Origin: Actinomycetota bacterium
Lineage (GTDB): Bacteria; Actinomycetota; Acidimicrobiia; Acidimicrobiales; JAFATL01
DNA length: 64,000 nt
Assembly: GCA_041166085.1 (NCBI GenBank)
Contig: JBEEFP010000050.1
Location: 15,114-79,113, forward strand
Reading direction: 5' to 3'
Part shown: piece by piece, positions 47,529 to 58,444 of the stretch
How positions within the stretch are numbered: the stretch's first letter is position 1
Layout of the letters: each line of letters starts with the position of its first letter
The notes under the pieces: model-generated
The model's database searches: none
The model's input: the letters and a program-made list of their open reading frames with translations, nothing else
Told to the model about the DNA's origin: nothing
Program-made: the position numbers and the translations under genes

Positions 47529-47570
47529 TCCGGACCGGGTCATAGTAGGAGTGGGTTCGACCGGTCCGGA
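47529..47570 (-). promoter_or_regulatory. 10-bp perfect inverted repeat (TCCGGACCGG-N22-CCGGTCCGGA) overlapping the Shine-Dalgarno of the lipoprotein gene
   Basis: Read directly. On the minus strand the 3' arm runs into GGAGG, 6 nt upstream of the TTG start at 47520. The element lies in the 99-bp divergent intergenic region. Confidence 0.3.
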
Positions 47571-47619
47571 CGCGCCCCGTGGGCGGCGGCCGAGTGTGGC
47601 CTGACTACCGTGAGCGTCG

Positions 47620-48567
47620 GTGCCCGCGCCCTTCCCCTTCGTCGTCGGGCGTGGCCGCTCAGGAACCACGCTCCTACGCGCCATGCTCGATTCCCACCCC
47701 GACGTCGCCGTCCCGGACGAGGCGCCGTGGCTCGTTCGCCTCGCCCGCGATCGGGCCGCGATGGAGCTCGGAGGTCGGCTGTCGGTCGAGCGGCTGCTCG
47801 ACCGGCTGAACGCCGACCGCTCCTTCCGCCGTTGGGGCCTGCCTGAAGGCGAGGTCCGCGCCACCCTCGAGGGCGAGGCGCCCGCCACCTTTGCCGACGC
47901 GGTGAGATGCCTGTACCGCATGCACGCGAACCGCCAGCGCAAGTCCCGGTACGGCGACAAGACGCCATGGGCGGTCATGCACATCGGGCTCCTGGCAGGG
48001 CTGTTCCCCGAAGCGCGCTTCGTGCACGTGATCCGGGACGGCCGCGACGTCGCCCTCTCGTATCTGGAGGCAGGGTTCGGTCCGCCGACGCTGGAGGCGG
48101 GTGCCCTCGAATGGCGGCGCTACGTGGAGGCGGGTCGTCGCGCCGGCCGCGCCCTCGGCCCCACCCGCTATCTCGAAGCGCGCTACGAGGACCTGGTCGC
48201 GTCACCCCAAGCGGTGCTCGAACGCATCTGCGCGTTCCTCGAGCTGCCGTTCGTCCCTGGGATGCTCCTCTACTACGAGCGGGCCGACGAGGTCGTCGGG
48301 TCGATGCCCCACCCGCAGGCTCGCCGCAACGTGTACCTCCCGCCCACGACCGGCCTGCGCGATTGGCGGTCGGCGCTCAATCCGACCCAGCAGGCCCTGT
48401 TCACCGCGCTGGCGGGCAAGCTCCTCGCCACCCTCGACTACGAACCGGGGCCGAGGCCGACGCCGAGGGTGTGGGCGGCCGCGCTCGGCGCTCACGTGCG
48501 TTGGCGAGCCGACCGGGTGTCGGTGCGCCTCGGCCGGGGCTCGAGCCCTCAGCCGTCGAACGAGTAG
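47620..48567 (+). CDS. Sulfotransferase (Stf0/Sulfotransfer_3-like subtype)
   Basis: The motifs FPFVVGRGRSGTTLLRAMLDSHPDV and VIRDGRDVALSY are present, along with C-terminal YEDLVASPQAVLERICAFLELPF. Confidence 0.75.
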   Translation: MPAPFPFVVGRGRSGTTLLRAMLDSHPDVAVPDEAPWLVRLARDRAAMELGGRLSVERLLDRLNADRSFRRWGLPEGEVRATLEGEAPATFADAVRCLYRMHANRQRKSRYGDKTPWAVMHIGLLAGLFPEARFVHVIRDGRDVALSYLEAGFGPPTLEAGALEWRRYVEAGRRAGRALGPTRYLEARYEDLVASPQAVLERICAFLELPFVPGMLLYYERADEVVGSMPHPQARRNVYLPPTTGLRDWRSALNPTQQALFTALAGKLLATLDYEPGPRPTPRVWAAALGAHVRWRADRVSVRLGRGSSPQPSNE

Positions 48568-49430
48568 CCAGCGAGGAAGTCGACGGCGGCGATGCGTCGC
48601 TCGACGTCACTGCGGAGCTCGGGGGTCCATGGTGCGTCATGACGAGTACGCCGCGGTGAGGTGAAGAGGATGGAGGCGCAGTCGTCGAGGTACCCCGGTC
48701 CGGCGTCGAGCCCGACGAAACGAACCAACGATCCGATGGTGCGATGCGGCGACTCGATGAGATCCTCGTGCCGCAGGTCGAGCACCTGCCCGGGCGCCAG
48801 GCGCGCGCGCAGGCCTGCGTTCACCTCGCACGCCGAGAAGTAGAAGTCGATCGCCCCGGGCAGCGACGCATGCTTGCCGCGCCGGCGGAAGATCGTGCTG
48901 ATGTTGTCAAAGGGGTTACGCACCACGTGGACGAGGCGGACCGGCACTCCGGTCTGCTGCTGCAGGCGCTCCAGGAGCTGGGGACGGTCGCGAAGGCGCA
49001 CGGTCGAACGACCGCCTCGTTTGTCGCCGATCACACGCAGCCGATCGAAGCGGCCCTGGTGCTGGTTGGGCACGGCGTACTCATAGCCGCCTGTCGCGGC
49101 CCGCCGCCCTCTCTCGGTGAACTCCCGGTCGTTGCGCAGGATGAGTGCGTAGATCTGCGATCGCCTGAAGCCGCCGCGCACATAGCGCAGGGCATCGAGC
49201 TCGTGCGCGATCACCGCCTCAGGATGCGCGTCGAGCAACGAGCCGACGAGGCTGTGACCGGACCGGGGGTAGCCGATGAACATGCAGTAGGTCTCGACCT
49301 CGGCGAAGAGGCGTCGCTGACGGAACCCATCCAGCGCCGACCGTACGTAGAGCGCGGGCAGACCGCGGTTGATGACGGCGCGCTGCACCATGCTTGGGCG
49401 CCGCCGCGCCGTGTTCTGCACCATGGCCAC
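48549..49430 (-). CDS. Sulfotransferase-like protein (family B paralog 2)
   Basis: The motifs MFIGYPRSGHSLVGSLLDAHPEAVIAHELDALRY, RVIGDKRG, VVRNPFDNISTI and LDLRHEDLIESP are present. Confidence 0.7.
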   Translation of the reverse strand: MAMVQNTARRRPSMVQRAVINRGLPALYVRSALDGFRQRRLFAEVETYCMFIGYPRSGHSLVGSLLDAHPEAVIAHELDALRYVRGGFRRSQIYALILRNDREFTERGRRAATGGYEYAVPNQHQGRFDRLRVIGDKRGGRSTVRLRDRPQLLERLQQQTGVPVRLVHVVRNPFDNISTIFRRRGKHASLPGAIDFYFSACEVNAGLRARLAPGQVLDLRHEDLIESPHRTIGSLVRFVGLDAGPGYLDDCASILFTSPRRTRHDAPWTPELRSDVERRIAAVDFLAGYSFDG

Positions 49431-49496
49431 ACACTAGGAGGAGCCACCTGCGGCCCCTTCGGGGGGCGCAAGCCCGCCCCTAGACTGCGGGGGGTC

Positions 49497-50474
49497 ATGG
49501 CCAAAGTACTCCTGTCCTGCGTCGGTGAAAACGCACCGATGTGGCACAACAAGATGGAGAACCTGGTGCTGTCGATGCGACTCTTCGGTGGGTCGCTGTC
49601 GGGCTGCCCCGTGGTCGTGAACGTGGTCGAGAGCGTCGACCCCGAGTTCCGGGAACGCATGGCCCGTTGGGACGCGGAGGTGCGTGTGGTCGCGCGCGTC
49701 GACACGCGGTTGCCGGTCGCCAACAAGCTCCACGTCCTTGACCTCGCCACCACGGACGCCTTTGACATCGTGCTCATGCTCGATTGTGACGTGATCGTCA
49801 TGGGCGACGTCGCGCCCGAACTCGGCTCCGGCACCCTGCGCGGTCTTCCCGCCGGGCGGAGCCACATCAGCGCCGCCGCGTGGAGCCGGCTCTACGCCGC
49901 CCTCGGCATCGCCGAGCCCGCGCCTGACTGGGTCCTCTCGGTCAGCGGCGAGCGCTCGCACCCTTACGTCAACAGCGGCGTGCTCTTCGTGCCGCACGCG
50001 CTCTGCGCGCCCCTACGGGAGGGGTGGTACGGCCACATGCAGTGGCTGCTCGGTCCCGAAGGTGTCGAGCTCCTCGGTCGGCCGGTGCACCGCGACCAGA
50101 TTCCCCTCGCCCTCACCCTCGCCACCCTTGCGGTGCAGGTCGATCCACTGCCTCGCAACCTCAACCTCTCGACCACCGCCGCCCAGCCCGTCCCTGCCCA
50201 GTTCCGCTCGCAGGACGGTCCCCCGTTCATCCTGCACTACCACCGGAGCATCGACAGCGACGGTTTTCTCACCAGGTCGCCCCGCCGTGCCGTCAACCCG
50301 TGGCTCGACGAATTCAACGCGGCGCGCGCCGACGCGCTCGGCATCCCGTACCACGGCCTCGGCTCGCTGCCGGCCCGGAGCCAGGTCGCGGCGTTTTTGA
50401 AGTCCCGAGGGTGGGACCGGCGTATCCCGCGGCGCCCCCGTCGTCAGGGACGGCCCGCGGGCTCCTCGTCGTAG
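49497..50474 (+). CDS. Nucleotide-diphospho-sugar transferase, GT8-like (putative)
   Basis: The sequence from the ATG at 49497 begins MAKVLLSCVG. It has the DxD motif LMLDCDVIVMGD and a later YVNSGVLFV, resembling GT8 signature blocks. The assignment is tentative. Confidence 0.5.
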   Translation: MAKVLLSCVGENAPMWHNKMENLVLSMRLFGGSLSGCPVVVNVVESVDPEFRERMARWDAEVRVVARVDTRLPVANKLHVLDLATTDAFDIVLMLDCDVIVMGDVAPELGSGTLRGLPAGRSHISAAAWSRLYAALGIAEPAPDWVLSVSGERSHPYVNSGVLFVPHALCAPLREGWYGHMQWLLGPEGVELLGRPVHRDQIPLALTLATLAVQVDPLPRNLNLSTTAAQPVPAQFRSQDGPPFILHYHRSIDSDGFLTRSPRRAVNPWLDEFNAARADALGIPYHGLGSLPARSQVAAFLKSRGWDRRIPRRPRRQGRPAGSSS

Positions 50475-51325
50475 ACGTAACCCGAGAAGAAGTCGTACGC
50501 GGCGGACCGCCGCGCCACCGCCCCGATGAGCTCGGGACTCCACTCTCGGTCGAAGCGACTGCGGTGCGGGGTTTGATAGATGATGCCCGCGCACGCGTCC
50601 AGGTAGTCCGGATGAGGCTCGATACCGAGAAACGTGCACAGGCCCGCGACCGCTGCCCGGGGATCAGCGATGAGATCCTCGTGGCGGAGGTCGTGCCACG
50701 CCTCGGGCGGCAGCAACGAGCGGATGGTGACGACTCCGTCGGCGAGTCGGAAGAAGCGGTCGGCCGTGCGGTCCAGCGGAGAGCGCGTGCGCTTGGACAT
50801 CGTCGTGATGCTGTCGTACGGGTTGCGCAGGACGTGCAGGCACCGAACAGGCACCTTCACCAGGTCGCGCAGGTTCGCGAGGAGTTGCGGGTCGGCACCA
50901 ATGGCTTGACTGCTGCCCTTGCCCCGCTTGTCCCCGATGACACGGAGCGTGCGGTACCGACCCTGCCACTGACCGGGCACGGCGTAGTCGTACTCGCGCT
51001 TGGTGCCTGTGCGACCCTTCTTCTCGAAGCGGGCGTCGGAGAGGAAGATCATCCCGAACAGCTGCGCGCGACTGAAGCCGTTCTCCACGTAACGAAGGGC
51101 GTTCAGCTGGTGGGACACCACGACGTCGGGGTGGGCGTTGAGCAGCGAGCCCACCAGGCTGTGGCCGCTGCGTGGGTACCCGGCGAACATGAGGTAGCGC
51201 TCGATCTGGTCGAAGTCGGCCGCGTGACGACCGGCCACGCGCCTGGAAAGAAGCCAGTCGCGGGCGACGCCGACGGACGTGAGGGCCCTGCTGATCCGCA
51301 GCTTGGTCTCGAGCATTCGGGTCAT
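50444..51325 (-). CDS. Sulfotransferase-like protein (family B paralog 3)
   Basis: The motifs MFAGYPRSGHSLVGSLLNAHPDVVVSHQLNALRY, RVIGDKRG, VLRNPYDSITTM and DLRHEDLIADP are present. The ATG at 51325 is preceded by GGAGGGAGG. Confidence 0.7.
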   Translation of the reverse strand: MTRMLETKLRISRALTSVGVARDWLLSRRVAGRHAADFDQIERYLMFAGYPRSGHSLVGSLLNAHPDVVVSHQLNALRYVENGFSRAQLFGMIFLSDARFEKKGRTGTKREYDYAVPGQWQGRYRTLRVIGDKRGKGSSQAIGADPQLLANLRDLVKVPVRCLHVLRNPYDSITTMSKRTRSPLDRTADRFFRLADGVVTIRSLLPPEAWHDLRHEDLIADPRAAVAGLCTFLGIEPHPDYLDACAGIIYQTPHRSRFDREWSPELIGAVARRSAAYDFFSGYVYDEEPAGRP

Positions 51326-51447
51326 GCGGGGTCCTCCCTCCGACGCGCAGCCTCTGGACGAGCGAACCACGCTATCCGGCAATGGGTCGGGCACAACCAG
51401 CCGGTAGCTTGCCTCCCGTGAGCAAGCGGCCCCGTCCACGCGCGGCA

Positions 51448-52611
51448 ATGCCGCGGCTGCTGCACATCACGACCACCGACATCAGCCTCGAGTTGCTGCT
51501 GGGACCCCAACTGCGCGCCTTCGCAGCGGCCGGCTACGACGTGCACACCGCGTCCGCACCGGGCCCCTACGTCGCACGACTCGAGGCCGATGGCGTCCGC
51601 CACCACCCGCTGCGACATGCGACTCGCGCCATGGCGCCGCGTCGCGACGCGCAGGCGCTGGTCGAGCTCTGGCGTCTCTTCCGCCGGCTCGACCCCGACA
51701 TCGTGCACACCCACAACCCCAAGCCGGGCCTCTATGGGCGAATGGCCGCTCGCGCGGCACGCGTGCCCGTCGTGGTGAACACCGTGCACGGTCTCTACGC
51801 CGTCCCTGAGGACTCGCGTGCCAAGCGGACCGTGGTCTACGGGCTCGAGCGCGTCGCAGCCCGCTGCTCCGACGCCGAGCTCGTGCAGAACCCGGAGGAC
51901 CTCGAGGTTCTGGCCGGGCTCGGAATCCCCCGTTCCAAGCTGCACCTGCTCGGGAACGGGGTCGACCTGAGGCGCTTCGATCCGGCCGCGGTGCCACTCG
52001 AACGGCGGGAGGCGGTACGTGCGGAACTGGGGCTCGGACCAGACGACGTGGTGTGCGGGGCCGTGGGACGGCTGGTTGCGGAGAAGGGCTATCGTGAGCT
52101 CTTCGCGGCAGCCGCAATCCTCGCGTCCACCGCACCGCAGGTGAAGATGGTGGTCGTCGGGCCGGACGAGCCCGACAAGGCTGACGCAATCACCGAAGAG
52201 CAGCTTGGTCAAGCACGTGCGAGCGGGGTCAGGCTGCTCGGAGCCCGGGACGACATGGAAGACCTCTACACCGCGATGGACATCTACGTGCTGGCGTCGC
52301 ACCGCGAGGGCTTCCCCCGATCGGCGATGGAAGCGGCGGCCATGCGGCTGCCGGTGATCGCGACCGACATCCGGGGGTGCCGCCAGGTGGTCGAGTCAGG
52401 CCGCACCGGGACCCTCGTGCCTCCCCGTCGCGCCGACGCCTTGGCCACCGCCATCGCCGCGCTGGCAAGCGACCAGTCCCTCCGCCGGGCGATGGGCCAG
52501 AGCGGCCGGGACAAGGCGCTGCGGGAGTTCGACGACCGGCGCGTCATCGACATCACGCTCGGGATCTACGACCAGCTCGGCGCCCGCCCGGTCGCGGCGT
52601 CGCAACGATGA
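51448..52611 (+). CDS. Glycosyltransferase family 4
   Basis: The motifs MPRLLHITTTDISLELLLGPQL, HTHNPKPGLYGRMAA and SHREGFPRSAMEAAAMRLPVIATDIRGCRQ are present. Confidence 0.78.
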   Translation: MPRLLHITTTDISLELLLGPQLRAFAAAGYDVHTASAPGPYVARLEADGVRHHPLRHATRAMAPRRDAQALVELWRLFRRLDPDIVHTHNPKPGLYGRMAARAARVPVVVNTVHGLYAVPEDSRAKRTVVYGLERVAARCSDAELVQNPEDLEVLAGLGIPRSKLHLLGNGVDLRRFDPAAVPLERREAVRAELGLGPDDVVCGAVGRLVAEKGYRELFAAAAILASTAPQVKMVVVGPDEPDKADAITEEQLGQARASGVRLLGARDDMEDLYTAMDIYVLASHREGFPRSAMEAAAMRLPVIATDIRGCRQVVESGRTGTLVPPRRADALATAIAALASDQSLRRAMGQSGRDKALREFDDRRVIDITLGIYDQLGARPVAASQR

Positions 52612-53792
52612 GACGCCCCGCTGTCCTCGGCGGCACGCCCGCGTTCGCGCCCGCTTTGCCGTTCGCCCGGCCGACCACCCCGCCCCTCGAACGGGTGACG
52701 GCGCGGCTGCAGCCGTCCTACGACCGGGGCATCCTCACCAACGGGCCCCTCGTGCGAGAGCTCGAGGCCGCCGCCGCCGACCGGCTCGGCGTGGCCCATG
52801 TCGTCGCCGTCGCGAACTGCACCTCCGGACTCATCCTCACGCTGCGCGCCCTCGACCTCGACGGCGCGGTGGTGCTGCCGAGCTTCACCTTCTCGGCGTC
52901 TGCCCACGCGGTGGCGTGGAACGGGCTCACCCCCTTGTTCGCCGAGTGCCTTCCCGAGAGCCTCCAGGTCGACGCGCAGGACGCGGCAGCGCGAGCGAAG
53001 GCGGCACAGCGGCCCGTCGCGGCGCTGCTGGCCACCCACGTGTTCGGCGCGCCGGCCCCCGTCAAGGAGCTGGAGGCCCTGGCCGACCAACTCGGCGTGC
53101 CACTCGTGTTCGACGCGGCCCACGCCATCGGGTCCGAACACGGCGGCCGTCCGGTCGGCGGCAACGGCTCGGCCGAGGTCTTCAGTCTCAGCCCCACGAA
53201 GCCGGTGGTCGCCGGTGAGGGTGGACTGGTCGCGACCAACCGCGACGACATCGCGGCCTTCGTGCGCATCGGGAGGGACTACGGCAACCCCGGCAACTAC
53301 GACACCCAATTCGTCGGGCTGAACGCGCGCATGTCCGAGCTCCACGCGGCGGTCGCCCTCGAGTCGCTGGCCGGCCTCGACCAGAGCCTGGACGTGCGGA
53401 GGACGCTGGCGGAGCGCTACCGCGTCGGCCTGCAGGCGATCCCCGGCGTCGGCGTCCAGCACATCGCCCGGGATGACCGGTCCACGTTCAAAGACCTCAC
53501 CATCACCATCGATCCCGAGCACTTCGGGCTGTCGCGCGACCACCTCGTGATCGCACTGGGCCAGGAGGGCATCGACACGCGGCTGTACTTCTCCCCGCCT
53601 GTACACCGTCACCAGGCCTATGCCCACCTGAAGAGTGAGGACCTCCCCGTCACTGACGAGGCAGCGGCGCGTGTTGTGAGCCTCCCCCTCTTCAACGCCA
53701 TGACGCTCGACGACGTCGACGGGGTCGTCCAGGCACTCGCCTCGCTGCAGAGCCATTCCGCGGAGATCCGCCCTCTGCTCGCCACCGCCTGA
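52608..53792 (+). CDS. DegT/DnrJ/EryC1/StrS family sugar aminotransferase (PLP-dependent)
   Basis: The motifs MRRPAVLGGTPAF, ANCTSGL and FSLSPTKPVVAGEGGLV (Lys for PLP) are present. The ATG at 52608 forms an ATGA overlap with the GT4 stop. Confidence 0.85.
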   Translation: MRRPAVLGGTPAFAPALPFARPTTPPLERVTARLQPSYDRGILTNGPLVRELEAAAADRLGVAHVVAVANCTSGLILTLRALDLDGAVVLPSFTFSASAHAVAWNGLTPLFAECLPESLQVDAQDAAARAKAAQRPVAALLATHVFGAPAPVKELEALADQLGVPLVFDAAHAIGSEHGGRPVGGNGSAEVFSLSPTKPVVAGEGGLVATNRDDIAAFVRIGRDYGNPGNYDTQFVGLNARMSELHAAVALESLAGLDQSLDVRRTLAERYRVGLQAIPGVGVQHIARDDRSTFKDLTITIDPEHFGLSRDHLVIALGQEGIDTRLYFSPPVHRHQAYAHLKSEDLPVTDEAAARVVSLPLFNAMTLDDVDGVVQALASLQSHSAEIRPLLATA

Positions 53793-53811
53793 AGGGCCAA
53801 GGCTTGAGCGC

Positions 53812-54848
53812 GTGATCGAGCTGGCAGGCAAGAAGGACAAGCAGAAGACACCGACGAGCGCCCCCGCTCCGACCACCCACCGCCCGCGGGACAACGCGCC
53901 CAAACCCGCTCAGCGCGAGCAACAGGTGAAGTCAACCCTCACCCAGGTCGTGCACCGCCCCGAGTTCACCCACGCTCTCGGCGACGCCGTGGGGGCAGTG
54001 GCCGTCGGTCTCGCCATCGCAGTCGTGTGGCGGCTGGCCCGCCGGCGCACCGCGCCGATCGCGGGGCTGGTGTTCGCCGCTGTCGCGCTGCTCGCACTGC
54101 GGGGCACCGTCGGCGCGCCCGACGACCTGGTGACGGGCGTCGCGGTGCTGGTCGTGCCGACCTTCGTCATCGAGCTGTTGCGGCTGGCGCCCGCCCTCGA
54201 GCTGGCGGCAGCCGTGCCAGGCGCAGTGCTGGTCGCCGGCGCGGTGCCCGACCCTGCTGCCGGCTGGGTGAGAATCCTGGTCGGCGTCACCATCGTGCTC
54301 GGCGGGTCGGTCGTCGGGAACTTCGACCACCGCTGGCGCAAGCGGGCCATCGGCCCTGGCCTCGCCGCGCTCTTCGTCGCTGGCGTGTTCGCCTGCGTAC
54401 CCGAGACCAAGCGCATCGTGGTGCTGCTCGGCGCGGCGGTGCCATTGCCGCTCCTCGGCTGGCCAGTGCCGCTGGCCCGTCTCGGCAGGGCCGGTTCGTA
54501 CGGCGTCGTAGCGGTCGTGCTCTGGGCGTCGGCGACCGACGGCGCGGCCCGGCCGAGCGCGGTCGTGGGCGCAGTCGCGTGCCTCGGACTCATGCTGGCC
54601 GAGCCCGTGATCCGAACCATCGGCAATCGCCGCAGCCCCCTCGACGTCGTCCCCGAGACGTGGCCGGCCTGGTTGTGGGCGGGTCCCGTCGTCGCTCTCC
54701 ACTTCGCGCTCGTCTTCGTGGGATCGCGCGTGGCGGGGATCCGGCCCACGGTGGCAGAGGCGCTGACCGTCGTCGCGGCCGAGACCGTCGTGGTGCTGGC
54801 CGTCGGGGTGGGCCTTCGCCTATGGGCGACGCCGCCGCTCCCCCGTCG

Positions 54849-54867
<19 letters not shown>
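53812..54867 (+). CDS. Hypothetical polytopic membrane protein with Lys/Pro-rich N-terminal tail
   Basis: 351 aa. The N-terminus MIELAGKKDKQKTPTSAPAPTTHRPRDNAPKPAQREQQ is followed by about 8-9 Ala/Val/Leu-rich spans. It is the last gene of the GT4-DegT operon. No motif was recognised. Confidence 0.5.
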
Positions 54868-56597
<1,730 letters not shown>

Positions 56598-56665
56598 GAG
56601 GGGGCGATGGTAGTGACGTACCGGACGGCCGCGGTCGCGCCCGTGCGTGAGCGAAGCTCTGCGGA

Positions 56666-57406
56666 TCACCCAGCGGTAACGGCCAGCACCCGCTCGACCA
56701 GCTCGGGTCGACAGATGAGCAGGTCGGGCAGCCACGGGTCGGCGCGGTTGTAGAGCAGCGGCGAGCCGTCGAGGCGCGACACATGCAGCCCGGCGGCTGC
56801 CGCCACTGCGACAGGCGCGCACGAGTCCCACTCGTATTGGCCGCCGCTGTGGGCGTACACGTCGACGTCACCGCGCACGACCGCCATGGCCTTGGCGCCG
56901 GCCGAGCCCATCTCGACCAGGTCGCCGTGGAGGTGCTCGGCCAGCTCGAGGGCGACCGCGGGCGGGCGGGTGCGGCTCACGACCAGACGCGGAGGGCCGT
57001 CGTGGGCCGGCGGCGGCGGTGGAGGGGCGTCGGTGGCCAGCACCACGCCGAGAGCGGGAAGTCCGACGGCGCCGGCGATGGGCAGGCCGGCGGCGGTGAG
57101 GGCGACGTGGACGGCCCAGTCGCTGCGGCCCGCCTCGCCGAACTCCCGCGTCCCATCGAGGGGGTCGACGATCCAGACCCGTTCGGCGTCGAGGCGGGCG
57201 GGGTCGGCGGCGCCTTCCTCGGACAGGACGGCGTCATCCGGACGCAGCTCACCCAGCCGCTCCATCATCAGCTCGTGGGACGCGAGATCACCTTCGTCCT
57301 TCAGGGCCTTCGGGTCGGCGCCCGCGTCGAGCTTGGCCCGGATGGTGAGCAGCAGCGCGCCCGCCTCCTCGGCCACGAGCCGGGCAATCCGGTGGTCGTC
57401 GTCCAT
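56666..57406 (-). CDS. cysQ: 3'(2'),5'-bisphosphate nucleotidase (CysQ-type PAP phosphatase; IMPase superfamily)
   Basis: The motifs VLSEEG, WIVDPLDGTREF and YEWDSCAPVAV are present. The EWD and DGTxEF variants favour CysQ over SuhB. It is 246 aa. Confidence 0.7.
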   Translation of the reverse strand: MDDDHRIARLVAEEAGALLLTIRAKLDAGADPKALKDEGDLASHELMMERLGELRPDDAVLSEEGAADPARLDAERVWIVDPLDGTREFGEAGRSDWAVHVALTAAGLPIAGAVGLPALGVVLATDAPPPPPPAHDGPPRLVVSRTRPPAVALELAEHLHGDLVEMGSAGAKAMAVVRGDVDVYAHSGGQYEWDSCAPVAVAAAAGLHVSRLDGSPLLYNRADPWLPDLLICRPELVERVLAVTAG

Positions 57407-57441
57407 CGCCCCGACCCTAGGAGACGGCTGGTAGGACTTCG

Positions 57442-58104
57442 GTGGTGCCGCCGACCGAGCCCTCCCCCCGCGCCGGTGTCCCGATCGTCGTCTACGGCGG
57501 CGGCGGGCACGGGATCACCCTCATCGACGCCCTCCGCGTCATCGGCGGCTACGACGTGGCCGGCGTCATCGACGGCGGCCTCGCCCAGGGGAGCTCTCTG
57601 CTCGGCGTGGCCGTGCTGGGCGGCGCCGACGTCCTGACCGAGGTCAGGGCGGGCGGCATCGAACTGGCGGTGAACGCGGTGGGGTCGCTGCGCGACCTCG
57701 CACGGCGAGCCGCCATCTTCGAGGAGCTGACCGATGCAGGCTTCCGGTGCCCGACCGTCACGCATCCATCCGCGGTGCTCGACGCCAGTGCCGAGGTGGA
57801 GGACGGCGTGCACGTGCTGGCCCACGCCTACGTGGGCGCGGCCGCCGCTGTCGGGTTCGGTTGTGTGGTCAACACCGGCGCAGTGGTGTCCCACGGGTGC
57901 CGCATCGGCGCGTGCGCGAACATCTCCCCCGGCGCGCTGCTGGCGGGAGACGTGACCATCGGCGACCACGCCCTGGTCGGCATGGGGGCCAACATCAACA
58001 TCGGCCTGGCCATCGGCGCGGGCGCGCGCGTCGGCAATGGCGCAGTGGTCAAGGCCGACGTCCCCGACGGCGGCGTGGTGCGGGCCGGCGAGGTCTGGGG
58101 CTGA
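57442..58104 (+). CDS. NeuD/PglD-family sugar N/O-acetyltransferase (left-handed beta-helix)
   Basis: The N-terminal Rossmann-like region is VVYGGGGHGITLIDAL. Hexapeptide repeats follow (VGAAAAVGFGCVVNTGAVVSHGCRIGACANISPGALLAGDVTIGDHALVGMGANI). Confidence 0.75.
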   Translation: MVPPTEPSPRAGVPIVVYGGGGHGITLIDALRVIGGYDVAGVIDGGLAQGSSLLGVAVLGGADVLTEVRAGGIELAVNAVGSLRDLARRAAIFEELTDAGFRCPTVTHPSAVLDASAEVEDGVHVLAHAYVGAAAAVGFGCVVNTGAVVSHGCRIGACANISPGALLAGDVTIGDHALVGMGANINIGLAIGAGARVGNGAVVKADVPDGGVVRAGEVWG

Positions 58105-58157
58105 CTCCTCGAGCCGTACCAGTCGCGCCAGCTCGGCCAAACCCTGCACACAACGAA

Positions 58158-58329
58158 GGGGCCGCGTCCCGGCTGGCCGCCGCGGCCCCGTCCGCCATTT
58201 GGCGCAGAGAACGGGGGGTGATCGCGGGCGAATTGCCAGGTTTCCACCCCCTGTTCTCTGCATGAAACGCGACCGAGCCGCGGGTTGGTGCACTTGGGCG
58301 CATTCGCAGACACGCGGGTGCACCAACCC
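58158..58329. repeat. Three consecutive long inverted repeats (hairpins) in the convergent intergenic region
   Basis: H1 is GGGGCCGCG (58158-66) pairing with CGCGGCCCC (58181-89). H2 is a 15-17 bp stem, 58204-58220 with 58245-58261, containing one G.T pair. H3 is a perfect 12 bp, GGGTTGGTGCAC (58282-93) with GTGCACCAACCC (58318-29). Confidence 0.45.
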
Positions 58330-58444
58330 AACGGGGAGCGCGCGACGCGACGTTCGACAGCGCAGCGCCTTCTTGTGAGCGGGGTTGGGCGCCTCCCGGC
58401 ACCTCGATGTGAGCGTCGGGACCTACGGAAGCGACAGGGGAGCC

